Assembly: GCA_963704775.1 (NCBI GenBank)
Contig: CAVPHR010000006.1
Span: forward strand, 67,523 to 131,522
DNA length: 64,000 nt
Source of the DNA: an uncultured Chloroflexia bacterium
GTDB lineage: Bacteria > Chloroflexota > Limnocylindria > Limnocylindrales > CSP1-4
Direction: 5' to 3'
Positions 49,971 through 59,084 of this stretch are shown here, piece after piece; positions within the stretch are counted from its first letter, which is position 1, and each line of letters begins with the position of its first letter. A program made the translations under genes and the position numbers. The notes beneath the pieces were generated by a model. It was not told where the DNA came from, did no database searches, and saw only the letters and a program-made list of their open reading frames with translations.

Positions 49971-51179
49971 ATGGTGGACTTCACGCTGACCGAGGAGAAC
50001 AAGCTCGTCCGCGACAGCGTCCGGGCGTTCGCCGAGGCCGAGATCCTGCCCCACATCCGCGAGTGGGACGAGAAGGGCGAGGTCCATCGCGAGATCTTCG
50101 TGCGGATGGCCCAGCTCGGGTTCCTCGGCGCCCCGATCCCCGAGGCGTACGGCGGCGCCGGCATGGACTACATCAGCTTCGCGCTCCTGTGCGAGGAGCT
50201 GGAGCGTGCCGACACGGCGTTCCGGGTCGTCCAGAGCGTGCACGTCGGGCTCAACTCGCTCGCGCTCCTGCAGTGGGGGACCGAGGAGCAGCGCCAGCGC
50301 TGGCTCGTCCCGCAGGCGAAGGGCGAGAAGCTCGCCACGTTCGGGTTGACCGAGCCCGGCGTCGGCACCGATGCCGCGAACCTGCAGACGACCGCCCGCC
50401 GCGATGGCGACGCCTACCGGCTCAACGGTCAGAAGATCTGGATCAGCCTCGCGGACATCGCCGACCACTTCCTGGTCTTCGCCTCCGTCGACCGTGCGAA
50501 GAAGCACAAGGGCGTGACGGCCTTCATGCTCGAGCGCGGCATGGCCGGCCTCACGACCGGCACGCTGCACGGCAAGCTCGGCATCAGGGCCGGGAACACC
50601 GGTCTGATCAACCTCGACGACGTGCCCGTCCCGGCCGAGAACCGGATCGGCGAGGAGGGCGAGGGCTTCCTCGTCGCGATGAGCGCCATCGACCAGGGCC
50701 GCTACACGGTCGCGGCGGGCGCGGTCGGCCTTGCCGAGGCATGTCTCGACGCGAGCGTGCGCTACGCCCACGAGCGCCACACGTTCGGCCAGGAGATCGG
50801 CGAGCACCAGCTGGTCAAGCAGCTCATCGCCAAGATGGCCGCCGGCACCGAGATGGGCCGCCTGCTCGTGTGGCGGGCGGGCTGGCTCAAGAACCAGGGC
50901 CTGCGCAACACGCGCGAGACGAGCCTGGCCAAGTGGCACGCCACCGAGCACGCCGTCCAGAGCGCGCTCGATGCCATCCAGGTCCACGGCGCCAACGGCT
51001 ACTCGAACGAGTTCCCCGTCGAGCGCTACCTGCGCAACTCGAAGGCGGCCGTCATCTACGAGGGCACGAGCCAGCTCCATACCCTCATCCAGGCCGACTA
51101 CGCGCTCGGCTATCGCGAAGATCGGCCCCTGCGATGCGAACCCTGGCCGGCGCAGGGCTGGGAGCGGCCGGGCGGCTGA
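49971..51179 (+). CDS. acyl-CoA dehydrogenase
   Basis: Intact 402-aa ORF with FGLTEPGVGTDAANL, GQKIWISLADIADHFLVFA and IQVHGANGYSNEFPVERYLRNSKAAVIYEGTSQLH. Confidence 0.92.
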   Translation: MVDFTLTEENKLVRDSVRAFAEAEILPHIREWDEKGEVHREIFVRMAQLGFLGAPIPEAYGGAGMDYISFALLCEELERADTAFRVVQSVHVGLNSLALLQWGTEEQRQRWLVPQAKGEKLATFGLTEPGVGTDAANLQTTARRDGDAYRLNGQKIWISLADIADHFLVFASVDRAKKHKGVTAFMLERGMAGLTTGTLHGKLGIRAGNTGLINLDDVPVPAENRIGEEGEGFLVAMSAIDQGRYTVAAGAVGLAEACLDASVRYAHERHTFGQEIGEHQLVKQLIAKMAAGTEMGRLLVWRAGWLKNQGLRNTRETSLAKWHATEHAVQSALDAIQVHGANGYSNEFPVERYLRNSKAAVIYEGTSQLHTLIQADYALGYREDRPLRCEPWPAQGWERPGG

Positions 51180-51194
51180 GGGCCCGGCGCGCGG

Positions 51195-52205
51195 TCAGGC
51201 GCTCGAGGCGGGACTGGCCACGATCGGGCTCACCTCCGGCGCGGTCGCCCGCTTCGGGGACGACATCCGGCTCCGGGTCGTCACGATGAGCGCCACGGCG
51301 AAGACGATGATCGCGCCCGCGAGCAGCGTCCGTGGCTCGATGGGCTCCTGCAGCACGAGGGCGCCGAGGGCGACCGCGACGACCGGATTGACGTACGCGT
51401 AGGTCGCGATCAGCGGCAACGGCGCGACGCGTAGCAGCCAGCCGTACGTCGTGAACGCCAGCAGGCTGCCGATGACGGTCAGGTAGACGAGCGCCGTCAG
51501 CGACTCGGCCGAGACGGCCGCGGGATCGAAGACGCCGAACTCGCCCCTCACGGTGGCCATGACCGTCAGGACGGCGGCACCGGCCAGCATCTGGGCACTC
51601 GTCGCAAGAAGCGGCCTGCGCGGCAGGGTCGCGCGATGCGACGCGAACAGCGAGCCGAGCGTCCAGAAGATCGGGGAGAGGAGGACCGCGGCCAGGCCGA
51701 GCGGATCGAGGGAGCCGCTGCCACCGAAGGCCGAGGGTCCGACCAGGATCGCGACGCCGACGAAGCCGACCGCGATGCCGACGATGGCGAGCCGCGGCAG
51801 CCCCTCGCCGAGGAACAGCCGCCCGAAGATCGCGACCCAGACCGGCATGAGCGCGATGAGCAACGCGGTGATGCCGGACGGGATCGTCAGCTCCCCGAAC
51901 GCGACCATGCCCATGCCGCCGCCGAGCAGCAAGCCGCCCACGATGAACGAGTCGCGCCATTCACGGCGGGTCGGTGCGACGAAGTCACCGCGATCGCGAG
52001 CGAGCGACCAGAGGAGCAGGACGGCCCCGGCGATGCCGAAGCGGATCGCCGCCATGAGGAAGGGCGGGATCGTCTCGACGGCCACGGCGATGCCGAGGTA
52101 CGTCGAGCCCCAGACGACGTAGAGGACCAGCATGCCGGCCCACAGCGAGGCGCCGCGACGCGAGGCAGCGGCGGCCGGCTTGGTTGGCATAGGCGGGTGG
52201 TCCAA
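51195..52205 (-). CDS. EamA/DMT-superfamily transporter
   Basis: Intact 336-aa ORF with about 10 TM helices and two EamA-like halves (LYVVWGSTYLGIAVAVE..., YAYVNPVVAVALGALVLQEPI). Confidence 0.85.
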   Translation of the reverse strand: MDHPPMPTKPAAAASRRGASLWAGMLVLYVVWGSTYLGIAVAVETIPPFLMAAIRFGIAGAVLLLWSLARDRGDFVAPTRREWRDSFIVGGLLLGGGMGMVAFGELTIPSGITALLIALMPVWVAIFGRLFLGEGLPRLAIVGIAVGFVGVAILVGPSAFGGSGSLDPLGLAAVLLSPIFWTLGSLFASHRATLPRRPLLATSAQMLAGAAVLTVMATVRGEFGVFDPAAVSAESLTALVYLTVIGSLLAFTTYGWLLRVAPLPLIATYAYVNPVVAVALGALVLQEPIEPRTLLAGAIIVFAVALIVTTRSRMSSPKRATAPEVSPIVASPASSA

Positions 52206-52277
52206 GGTGTCGGCAGTCTACGTCGCGCGGGTTGGCCTAGTCCAGTAGGACAAATGCCGGTGCGGGCCGGGCCCAGC

Positions 52278-53069
52278 TCAGGCGGCGACCGCCGCGCCGC
52301 CGCTCACCGGCCGGCAGACCTTGCACGGTCGGTATCCGGCGGCGGCCGCGTCCTCGAGCGACCGGAACGGCCGGCGGTTGCGCTCGAGCATGTGGCGACC
52401 GGTGCGGCACGTCGGCCAGCACACGATGTGGGTCGAGGCGCAGCCGATCAGCCGCTCGCCGCGGCGAGCGGCGCCTTCCATCTCGTCGGGGTCGAGGCCC
52501 TCGGAGGCGAGGATCGCGCGCTTGTTCTCCGGTCCGCCCAGCGAGTACTGGCCGAGGTGGCCGTCGGTGCGGACGACCCGATGGCACGGCACGATGAGCG
52601 GGACCGGGTTGTGGCCGAGCGCCGTTCCGACCGCGCGGACCGCCTTCGGTCGACCGATCTCGGCGGCGACCCAGCCGTACGGTCGGACTTCGCCGCGCGG
52701 GATGTCGAGCGCCTTCCGCCACACATCGCGCTCGAACTCGCTGTGGCCACGCAGGTCGAGGTCGATGCGCACGCGGCGATCGCCACCGAGCCGCCGCTCG
52801 ATCGCTCTCGCAAGGTCGGCGGGGAGTTCATCGGTCGGGAAGACCGGCCGCCCGGTCCGGGCAGCGTGGCTCGCGGCGAACTCCTCGGACTCCACGCCGC
52901 TGACGCCCAGGCCGTTCCACGCGACGTGGAGCGGGCCGATCACGGTGTCGATGCGGGCCATCCGGTCGGCGAGGCCGATCTCGACGAGGACGTTGGGGGC
53001 GAGGCGGGTCGGGGCGGTCGTGGCGAGGTCGGCCATCGCGGTCTCCAGGGTCAGGTCATCGGTGGTCAT
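52278..53069 (-). CDS. methylated-DNA-protein-cysteine methyltransferase (Ogt/MGMT) fused to a C-terminal Ada-type Cys4 zinc domain
   Basis: Lies within ORF 52278..53855 with ATG at 53069. It has an MGMT N-domain, then ...VRPYGWVAAEIGRPKAVRAVGTALGHNPVPLIVPCHRVV (the PCHR active site). The C-terminus VCWPTCRTGRHMLERNRRPFRSLEDAAAAGYRPCKVCRP parallels the E. coli Ada segment as I recall it (FCRPSCRAR...FRPCKRCQP). No AraC-type HTH is present. Confidence 0.85.
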   Translation of the reverse strand: MTTDDLTLETAMADLATTAPTRLAPNVLVEIGLADRMARIDTVIGPLHVAWNGLGVSGVESEEFAASHAARTGRPVFPTDELPADLARAIERRLGGDRRVRIDLDLRGHSEFERDVWRKALDIPRGEVRPYGWVAAEIGRPKAVRAVGTALGHNPVPLIVPCHRVVRTDGHLGQYSLGGPENKRAILASEGLDPDEMEGAARRGERLIGCASTHIVCWPTCRTGRHMLERNRRPFRSLEDAAAAGYRPCKVCRPVSGGAAVAA

Positions 53070-53674
53070 GCGGTCATCTCCTCGCGCTCGAGTCGGTTCG
53101 CCGTCTCGAAGGCGGTGCGCAACATCGCCAGGCCGCGGTGGACCTGGGCCTTGACGGTGCCCTCGGGTCGTCCGAGGGCGAGGGCGAGATCGGGATAGGA
53201 CAGGCCGTCGACGTGTCGCAGGACGACGGCGGCCCGGTAGGCGGGCGGCAGGGTCGCAAGGAGGCCGGCCCAGTGGTCCCGGGCGGCTCGCCGTTCCGCG
53301 ACCGCCGTCGGTGATGTCGACGGGTCCGTCGCGGCCGGCTCCGGCAGCGTCACCCGCTCGGGATCGGCGTCGAGCGAGAGCGGCGCCCGGCCGGCGGTCG
53401 CGCGTCGCGCGAGTCGCGTTCGACACAGGTTCAGCACGATCGTGGCCAGCCACGGCCGCAGGCGCAGCTCCAGGATCCGCGTGGCGTCGTAGCCGGAAAG
53501 GGCCCGATAGGCGCGCACGAAGGCGTCCTGGGCGGCCTCCTCGGCTGCGCCTGGGTCGCTCAGCATCCGCAGCGCGATCGAGTAGCAACGGTCCTGGTGC
53601 GCCAGCACGAGCCTCTCGAACGTCCCGTCGAGATCGTGCGCGAGCCCAGCGATGAGCGCGTCGTCGGTGTCCAT
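53066..53674 (-). CDS. ECF-type RNA polymerase sigma-70 factor
   Basis: Lies within ORF 53066..53845 with ATG at 53674 (MDTDDALIAGLAHD...). Region 2 is AEEAAQDAFVRAYRAL...RPWLATIVLNLCRTRL. Region 4 is YRAAVVLRHVDGLSYPDLALALGRPEGTVKAQVHRGLAMLR. Its stop overlaps the downstream ATG by 4 nt. Confidence 0.88.
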   Translation of the reverse strand: MDTDDALIAGLAHDLDGTFERLVLAHQDRCYSIALRMLSDPGAAEEAAQDAFVRAYRALSGYDATRILELRLRPWLATIVLNLCRTRLARRATAGRAPLSLDADPERVTLPEPAATDPSTSPTAVAERRAARDHWAGLLATLPPAYRAAVVLRHVDGLSYPDLALALGRPEGTVKAQVHRGLAMLRTAFETANRLEREEMTA

Positions 53675-53902
53675 CGCCCTCCAGAACCGGCACGAGGCAC
53701 GGAGCGTTGCATCCGACCATCGCCCGTGTGGATAAGGTACCCGGCCCGACCGTGCCCGACAGATTGAGGCGAGCCGATCCTCCGGCATAGGCAGCCGGCC
53801 CGATGGCGGGGCCGTTCGCCAGATCGAGCATGGCGACAGCACCACGGACCGTCACTCGGATGTCCCGAGCGCCGATCCTGGTCCAGACAAGGAGGTCGGA
53901 CG

Positions 53903-54304
53903 ATGTCCGCCAGCACCACGCAGCCCATGGCCGGGCATGCCAACCAGAGCGCGCCGCTCGGCGCGATCGCCATCCTCGTCGGCGCGCTCGCGCTCGGCGC
54001 GGTCGGCATCGCTCTCGGCACGACCTACAAGGCGGCGCCCGCCGCCGGCGCCATCAGCCCGCAGGCCGCGCTCGAAGCGCAGCGAAAGGGCGAGATCGGC
54101 GGGAGCGCCACGATGGACTACGCGCTCCGGATCCAGCGCCGCGGCGAGATCGGTGGATCCGCTGTGGCAGCCCCCACGGTCGCCAAGAGTGGCGTCCCGA
54201 GCGGCGTCTCGGGTCCCCGGACGCGGTCGCACAGGGGTCACCCCGCACCGCTCGTCGCGCTTCCCGTCGACGCCCCGTCGCGAACGCAGTACACCCGCCG
54301 CTAG
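53903..54304 (+). CDS. small membrane-anchored hypothetical protein with duplicated QR(K/R)GEIGGSA motif
   Basis: The ATG at 53903 is preceded by AAGGAGG. It has one TM (LGAIAILVGALALGAVGIALG) and the repeats QRKGEIGGSA and QRRGEIGGSA. It is followed by a canonical terminator. Confidence 0.65.
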   Translation: MSASTTQPMAGHANQSAPLGAIAILVGALALGAVGIALGTTYKAAPAAGAISPQAALEAQRKGEIGGSATMDYALRIQRRGEIGGSAVAAPTVAKSGVPSGVSGPRTRSHRGHPAPLVALPVDAPSRTQYTRR

Positions 54305-54326
54305 TCCGGGCACCGTGCCCGAACCA

Positions 54327-54360
54327 GACACCGCCCGACACCGTTCGGGCGGTGTCTTTT
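54327..54360 (+). terminator. rho-independent terminator
   Basis: The 11-bp stem GACACCGCCCG / CGGGCGGTGTC encloses an 8-nt loop and is followed by TTTT (54357-54360). Confidence 0.8.
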
Positions 54361-54392
54361 CATGCCCCGTGCGTGCGACAATCGCTCCGCCG

Positions 54393-55406
54393 ATGCAGCT
54401 CGATGAACGCTTCGACGACCTCGTCGCCAGCCTGGCCGGGTTCCACAACACCTGGCTGGTGTATCTGGGTGTCGAGCTGGGCATCTTCACGCACCTCCGC
54501 GCCGCCGGGGCAGCCGGCCTGACCACGGTCGAACTCGCCGAGGCCACGGGCTGTCGGCCGGAGGCGATCGAAGTTTGGGCGTGGGCGGCCGACGCCCACG
54601 AGCTCGCCACGCTCGAGGGTGACCGGCTGACGGTCGACGAGAACACCGCGATCGTGCTCCTCGACGAGCAGCGCCCCGAATTCCTTGGCGGCCAATTCGT
54701 GCACTCGGTGACGGCGTCGCTCGACTGGGGCGGGATGCTCGACTTCTTCCGGACCGGGCGCCCGATCACCGATCGGCCCGATCGCTATCGCGTGTCGATC
54801 GAGCGCCTCACCGTCCAGGACATCGCCGTGTTCTTCCAGGAGGTCCTCGCCCAGCTGCCGCAGCTCGTCGCCGACCTCGCGAGTGGCGGCCACGTGGTCG
54901 ACATCCACTGCGGCGGCGGCCGCTGGCTCATCGCGATGGCCCGCCGGTTCCCGGCGCTGCAACTCGTCGGGGTCGAGTTCGAGCCCGACTCGGTCATGCG
55001 CGCGCGGGCGAACGTCGAGGCAGCCGGACTGTCCGACCGGATCGTGATCCGCCAGGCCGATGTCAGCCGACCCGGTCCGGCCGGCGAGTACGACCTGGCC
55101 TACTTCCAGTACGCGATCCACCAGCTGACAGACCCGGTCGCCGCGCTGCGGGCGGCGTGGGGGTCGCTCCGACCCGGTGGCCGGATCGTCGTCCTCGACT
55201 GGCCCCTGCCGTCAACGACGGAGGAGTTCCGGACGCGCCACGGCGAGCTGATCACGGGCGTCCAGATCGACGAGCTCTACCAGGGCACGGCGCTCCCGAC
55301 GCGCGAGAAGCTGCGCGAATGGTTCGCGGCCGCGGAGCTCCCAGAGCCGCTGCTCATCGACCTGCCGTCTGGCGCCTCGGTGCTGCAGGTCGAACGCCCG
55401 AGCTAG
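54393..55406 (+). CDS. class I SAM-dependent methyltransferase with N-terminal winged-helix/dimerisation-like domain (O-methyltransferase-like)
   Basis: Lies within ORF 53937..55406 with ATG at 54393 (MQLDERFDDLVASLAGFHNTW...). SAM motif I is VVDIHCGGGRWLIAMARRF. Later segment: LRPGGRIVVLDWPLP. Confidence 0.8.
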   Translation: MQLDERFDDLVASLAGFHNTWLVYLGVELGIFTHLRAAGAAGLTTVELAEATGCRPEAIEVWAWAADAHELATLEGDRLTVDENTAIVLLDEQRPEFLGGQFVHSVTASLDWGGMLDFFRTGRPITDRPDRYRVSIERLTVQDIAVFFQEVLAQLPQLVADLASGGHVVDIHCGGGRWLIAMARRFPALQLVGVEFEPDSVMRARANVEAAGLSDRIVIRQADVSRPGPAGEYDLAYFQYAIHQLTDPVAALRAAWGSLRPGGRIVVLDWPLPSTTEEFRTRHGELITGVQIDELYQGTALPTREKLREWFAAAELPEPLLIDLPSGASVLQVERPS

Positions 55407-55417
55407 ACCGGCCGTCC

Positions 55418-55834
55418 CTACTCGGTGACGGTGATCGTGCCCTTCATCTGGGCGTGGATCGCGCAGTGGAACGGGTAGCTGCCGGCGACGCTGAACGTGA
55501 GGCCGTCCGCCGCTCCCGCGGCGATGTTCGGGGTGGTGCAGGTGCCGTCGTCCAGGGTGGCCGTGTGCGGCGCCGCGCCCGTGTTGGTGAAGGCGATGAC
55601 CTGGCCGACCTTCGCGGTGATCGCAGTCGGATCGAAGGCGAAGTCCTTCACGTTCACGGCCACGTCACCCGGATCGGTCGTCTCCTCGCAGGCGGCAGCC
55701 GCGGCCGGCGCGGACGCGGGTGGAGCGGCGCTCGCCGCGGTGCTCGGGGCCGTTGACGCACTGCTGCCTCCGCAGGCGGCCAGGGCGAGCGTCATGAACG
55801 CGGACAGGGCGAGGGTGAGGATGGCGCGGGACAT
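55418..55834 (-). CDS. cupredoxin (plastocyanin/amicyanin-like blue copper) lipoprotein
   Basis: Only the last 138 codons of ORF 55418..57235 look real. The ATG at 55834 is preceded by GAAGGAG. The signal peptide plus lipobox is LALSAFMTLALAAC. Type-1 Cu ligand pattern: His in GAAPHTA, then FHCAIHAQM (Cys, His, Met). Confidence 0.85.
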   Translation of the reverse strand: MSRAILTLALSAFMTLALAACGGSSASTAPSTAASAAPPASAPAAAAACEETTDPGDVAVNVKDFAFDPTAITAKVGQVIAFTNTGAAPHTATLDDGTCTTPNIAAGAADGLTFSVAGSYPFHCAIHAQMKGTITVTE

Positions 55835-55933
55835 GGGCGACTCCTTCGCGGCAGGCGATGTCGACTCAACGGTACGTCGTTCAGCGATACGTCGTCGCCA
55901 TCGCGACGGTTTCGCCGCCGGTATGGTTGGGGC

Positions 55934-56797
55934 ATGGGCATCCACCACGCGTCCGGCGAGCGCATGAACGGCCTCGTGGACCCGGACACCATGCGCCGGC
56001 TGCTCGTGCACGAGGCTCGCGTCCACGCCATGCCGAATCGCGAACTGCGTGACCTCGGCGACGCGATCCTCCTGTACGACCCGGCCGAGCCGGAGCCGTT
56101 CTGGAACCGGGTCGAGGCCATCCGGTGGCCGGCCGACGCCGACGCCTTCGATCGACGGCTGACCGAGGTCCTGGTCCTGTTCACCTCGATCGGCCGCCAG
56201 CCCCACATCTGGCCGTCGCCGATCCACGACGTGCCGGGCGACCTCGTCGAACGCCTGGTCGCGAACGGCTTTCATGATGTCGGGGCCGGCTGCATGATGG
56301 CCATGACGGACCCCGAGCCCTCCCGCCGTGGCGCTGCTCGCGCGATGGGGCCCCAGGTCACCCTCGAGCGGCTGGGGCACGGTGCAGGTGGCGGGTCGAC
56401 GACGACGCTCGCCGACCTTGTCTCGGTGCTCTGCGATGCGTTCCACGTCGAGGAGGCCCGCCGGCCGGGGGTCGCGGCCGAGACGGCCGCCTCGCTGGCG
56501 AACGCCTCGTTCACCCATTACCTGGCCCGGATCGACGGCGAGCCGGCCGCTGTCGCACGGCGGGCGACGTTCGATGGCGTGAGCTATCTCTCCTCGATCG
56601 GGACGGCCGCCTGGGCTCGCGGGCGCGGGCTGGGCGAGATGGTCACGATGGCCGCGGCCGCCGACGCCGTGGCGGCCGACAGCGAGTGGGTCCATCTCGG
56701 CGTCTTCGCCGACAACGAGGTCGCCATCCGGCTGTACCACCGGGCCGGCTTCGAGATGCTCGGCGCGCCGGCTCCGGACCTGCTCCTGCTCGGCTAG
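55934..56797 (+). CDS. GNAT-family N-acetyltransferase (two-lobed, 287 aa)
   Basis: Intact ORF. The C-terminal half carries the acetyl-CoA binding pattern IGTAAWARGRGLGEMVTMAAAADA...NEVAIRLYHRAGFE. Confidence 0.75.
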   Translation: MGIHHASGERMNGLVDPDTMRRLLVHEARVHAMPNRELRDLGDAILLYDPAEPEPFWNRVEAIRWPADADAFDRRLTEVLVLFTSIGRQPHIWPSPIHDVPGDLVERLVANGFHDVGAGCMMAMTDPEPSRRGAARAMGPQVTLERLGHGAGGGSTTTLADLVSVLCDAFHVEEARRPGVAAETAASLANASFTHYLARIDGEPAAVARRATFDGVSYLSSIGTAAWARGRGLGEMVTMAAAADAVAADSEWVHLGVFADNEVAIRLYHRAGFEMLGAPAPDLLLLG

Positions 56798-56803
56798 GCG
56801 AGC

Positions 56804-57277
56804 ATGCGACCGACCCTGGCCGATCTCGCGGACGCCGTGTCCGAGGCCCGCGACCGCCTGGCGACGGCGTTGCCGGACGCGGGACAGGCAGCCCGCCCGG
56901 TCGCTGTCGGCTGGGTGACGGTCGAGACGGAGCGAGCCGAGCGGGAGCTCGCCGAGGCGTTCGGCACGGGGCTCGGCGTGTTCGGCGATGCGCCCGACGA
57001 CCACATCCTCGGCGCCAGATGCCGGATCGCGGCCGGGGGACCAGCCGGGATCGTCGCGATCCTGGAACCGGCAACCGAAGGCCGCCTCGCGGAGGCTCTC
57101 GCACGACTGGGCGAGGGTCCGGCCGTGGTCTGGTTCGCGCACGGGGTCGTCCCGACCCTGGGCACGTCGGCCCCGTCCGCCGGCCCGTTCGGCCCGGAGC
57201 GGCTGGTCGATCGCGGCGTCCGCGACGGCCGACACGTGCTCCTGCTCGAGGGCGAGCCGGGTACCATCGGCACATGA
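56804..57277 (+). CDS. hypothetical protein (157 aa)
   Basis: Intact ORF in an operon with two GNAT genes. Its stop overlaps the next start (ATGA at 57274-57277). No family recognised. Confidence 0.55.
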   Translation: MRPTLADLADAVSEARDRLATALPDAGQAARPVAVGWVTVETERAERELAEAFGTGLGVFGDAPDDHILGARCRIAAGGPAGIVAILEPATEGRLAEALARLGEGPAVVWFAHGVVPTLGTSAPSAGPFGPERLVDRGVRDGRHVLLLEGEPGTIGT

Positions 57278-57726
57278 CCGACCAGTCGACCGATCGCTCG
57301 GCCGTGACGCTTCGCCCGGCCACGCCAGCCGACGCCGACGCGATCGCGTCGCTGTTCACCGACGAGGGCTATCCGGCCGGGCCCACCGACATCGTCGCGC
57401 GCCTCGAACGCTTCGGCTCGGCGCACTCGCGCGTCGTCGTCGCCGAGCACGACGGGGCGATGCTGGGCTTCATCGCCGTCCACGCGCTGCCCCGATTCGA
57501 GCACGACGACCGGATCCTGCGGATCCTCGCCCTGGTCGTGGACGCGGGGGCCCGGGAACGCGGGGTCGGGCGGACCCTGATGGCCGAGGCGGAGCGGATC
57601 GGTGCCGAGCTCGGCGTGGCCTTCGTCGAGATCACCGCCGGGCACCACCGACCCGAGGCGCGCCACCTCTACGAATCGCTGGGCTACGACGCGACGGTCG
57701 CCGCCTACCTGCGCAAGAAGCTCTGA
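57274..57726 (+). CDS. GNAT-family N-acetyltransferase (150 aa)
   Basis: Lies within ORF 56686..57726 with ATG at 57274 (MTDQSTDRSAVTLRPATPADADAIASLF...). The acetyl-CoA motif is LVVDAGARERGVGRTLMAEAE...ARHLYESLGY. Confidence 0.85.
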   Translation: MTDQSTDRSAVTLRPATPADADAIASLFTDEGYPAGPTDIVARLERFGSAHSRVVVAEHDGAMLGFIAVHALPRFEHDDRILRILALVVDAGARERGVGRTLMAEAERIGAELGVAFVEITAGHHRPEARHLYESLGYDATVAAYLRKKL

Positions 57727-57758
57727 GAGAGACCGCCGTCCAGCGCGCCTTCCCGAGG

Positions 57759-59033
57759 CTGCGACTTCGAGATCGCGCCGGCGTCCTGCTGGACCTGCCC
57801 TGGGAGCAACCGCTCGCCGACTGGTCGCCCGAGACGTTCGAGTTCCGCGAGCTGCCCGTCGGGCCGTCGCGCCACCTCGTCCGGTTCCTGGTCGCCGACG
57901 AGCGCACGTACGCCCTCAAGGAGGAACCCCTCGACGTCGGTCGCACCGAGTTCGACGTCCTGCGCCACCTCGAGGCGCTCGGGCTGCCCGCGGTCCTCGC
58001 GGTGGGCATCGCCGAATCACCGGAGCGCGAGTCGGCCATCCTGATGACCGAGTACCTCGCGTTCTCGATCCAGTACCGACGGTTGATGTCACGGTTCCCG
58101 CTCGGCCCCGGGCCGTATCGGGACCGGCTGCTCGACGCGATGGCGTGGCTCCTCGTCGACCTCCATCGGGCGGGCGTGTTCTGGGGCGACTGTTCGCTCG
58201 CGAACACCCTGTTCCGCCGCGACGGGGACAAGATCCAGGCCTTCCTCGTCGATGCCGAGACCAGCGAGATCCACCCGAGCCTGTCCGACGGCCAGCGTCG
58301 CTACGACCTCGACATCCTCGTGGAGAACGTCGCATTCGGGCTAGCCGACCTCGGCGTGCTGCAAGGTCGCGAGGACGCCTTCGACGATGCGGTCGAGGCC
58401 GCCGAGACGGTCCGCTCACGGTACGAATCGGTCTGGGACGAGCTCCATCTCGTGCCCGAGCTCTCCCCGGACGATCGGCACGCCGTCCGGGCCCGCATCC
58501 GGCGGCTCAACGACCTCGGATTCGCGGTCGACGAGATCGAGCTCGAGCCGTCCGGTCCGGATGGCGGCTCCGTCCGCCTGCGGGTCGCGGTCACCAACCG
58601 CCGGTTCCACGCGCGGGAGCTGGAGCGGCTGACGGGCATCCGCGCGCTCGAGGGCCAGGCCCGGCTGCTCCTCAACGACCTGCGCGAGTACCGGGCCTGG
58701 CTCGAGCACCACGGGAAGAAGTTCGTCGGCGAGGACGAGGCGGCCGCGCTCTGGCTCGTCGACGTGCTCCAGCCCAGCCTGGCGGTGCTCGTGCCCGCCA
58801 TCGGGGAAGGCCGCGACCCGATCCAGGCGTACTGCGACGTTCTCGAACAGAAGTGGATCCTCTCGGAGCTGGCCGGGCGCGACGTCGGGCTCGAGGCGGC
58901 GATGGAGGCCTACCTGAAGCTCGGGGCGCCGGCCCCGGAGGACGACCGGACGCCTGGGACCTCGCTTGCGCTCGACATCGACTGGTCGACGTCCCTCGAC
59001 GGGGCGGACCCCGAGGTCGTCGCCGAGTCCTGA
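57759..59033 (+). CDS. DUF4032 domain protein (Kdo/WaaP-like kinase fold); start codon unclear
   Basis: This is the C-terminal ~425 codons of ORF 56988..59033: RLRLRDRAGVLLDLPWEQPLADWS..., ILMTEYLAFSIQY, DLHRAGVFWGDCSLANTLFRRDGDKIQAFLVDAETSE. No ATG, GTG or TTG lies between the upstream stop (57724-57726) and this region. The start is placed at a CTG and may reflect a sequence error. Confidence 0.75.
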   Translation: MRLRDRAGVLLDLPWEQPLADWSPETFEFRELPVGPSRHLVRFLVADERTYALKEEPLDVGRTEFDVLRHLEALGLPAVLAVGIAESPERESAILMTEYLAFSIQYRRLMSRFPLGPGPYRDRLLDAMAWLLVDLHRAGVFWGDCSLANTLFRRDGDKIQAFLVDAETSEIHPSLSDGQRRYDLDILVENVAFGLADLGVLQGREDAFDDAVEAAETVRSRYESVWDELHLVPELSPDDRHAVRARIRRLNDLGFAVDEIELEPSGPDGGSVRLRVAVTNRRFHARELERLTGIRALEGQARLLLNDLREYRAWLEHHGKKFVGEDEAAALWLVDVLQPSLAVLVPAIGEGRDPIQAYCDVLEQKWILSELAGRDVGLEAAMEAYLKLGAPAPEDDRTPGTSLALDIDWSTSLDGADPEVVAES

Positions 59034-59084
59034 TCCCTCGCGACGGCCCCAGCGCAGGCAACGGACCTCTGGCACCATCAGCCG

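Noticed and set aside
55835-57235. The 605-aa ORF 55418..57235(-) treated as a single large protein
   Set aside because: Only the last 138 codons (the cupredoxin, with SD and lipobox) look real. The remainder is antisense to two GNAT genes and a hypothetical gene with better coding character.
56804-57726. GNAT toxin / small antitoxin type II TA pair
   Set aside because: The upstream partner is 157 aa with no RHH or HTH antitoxin features. The GNAT looks like a general acetyltransferase within a multi-gene operon.
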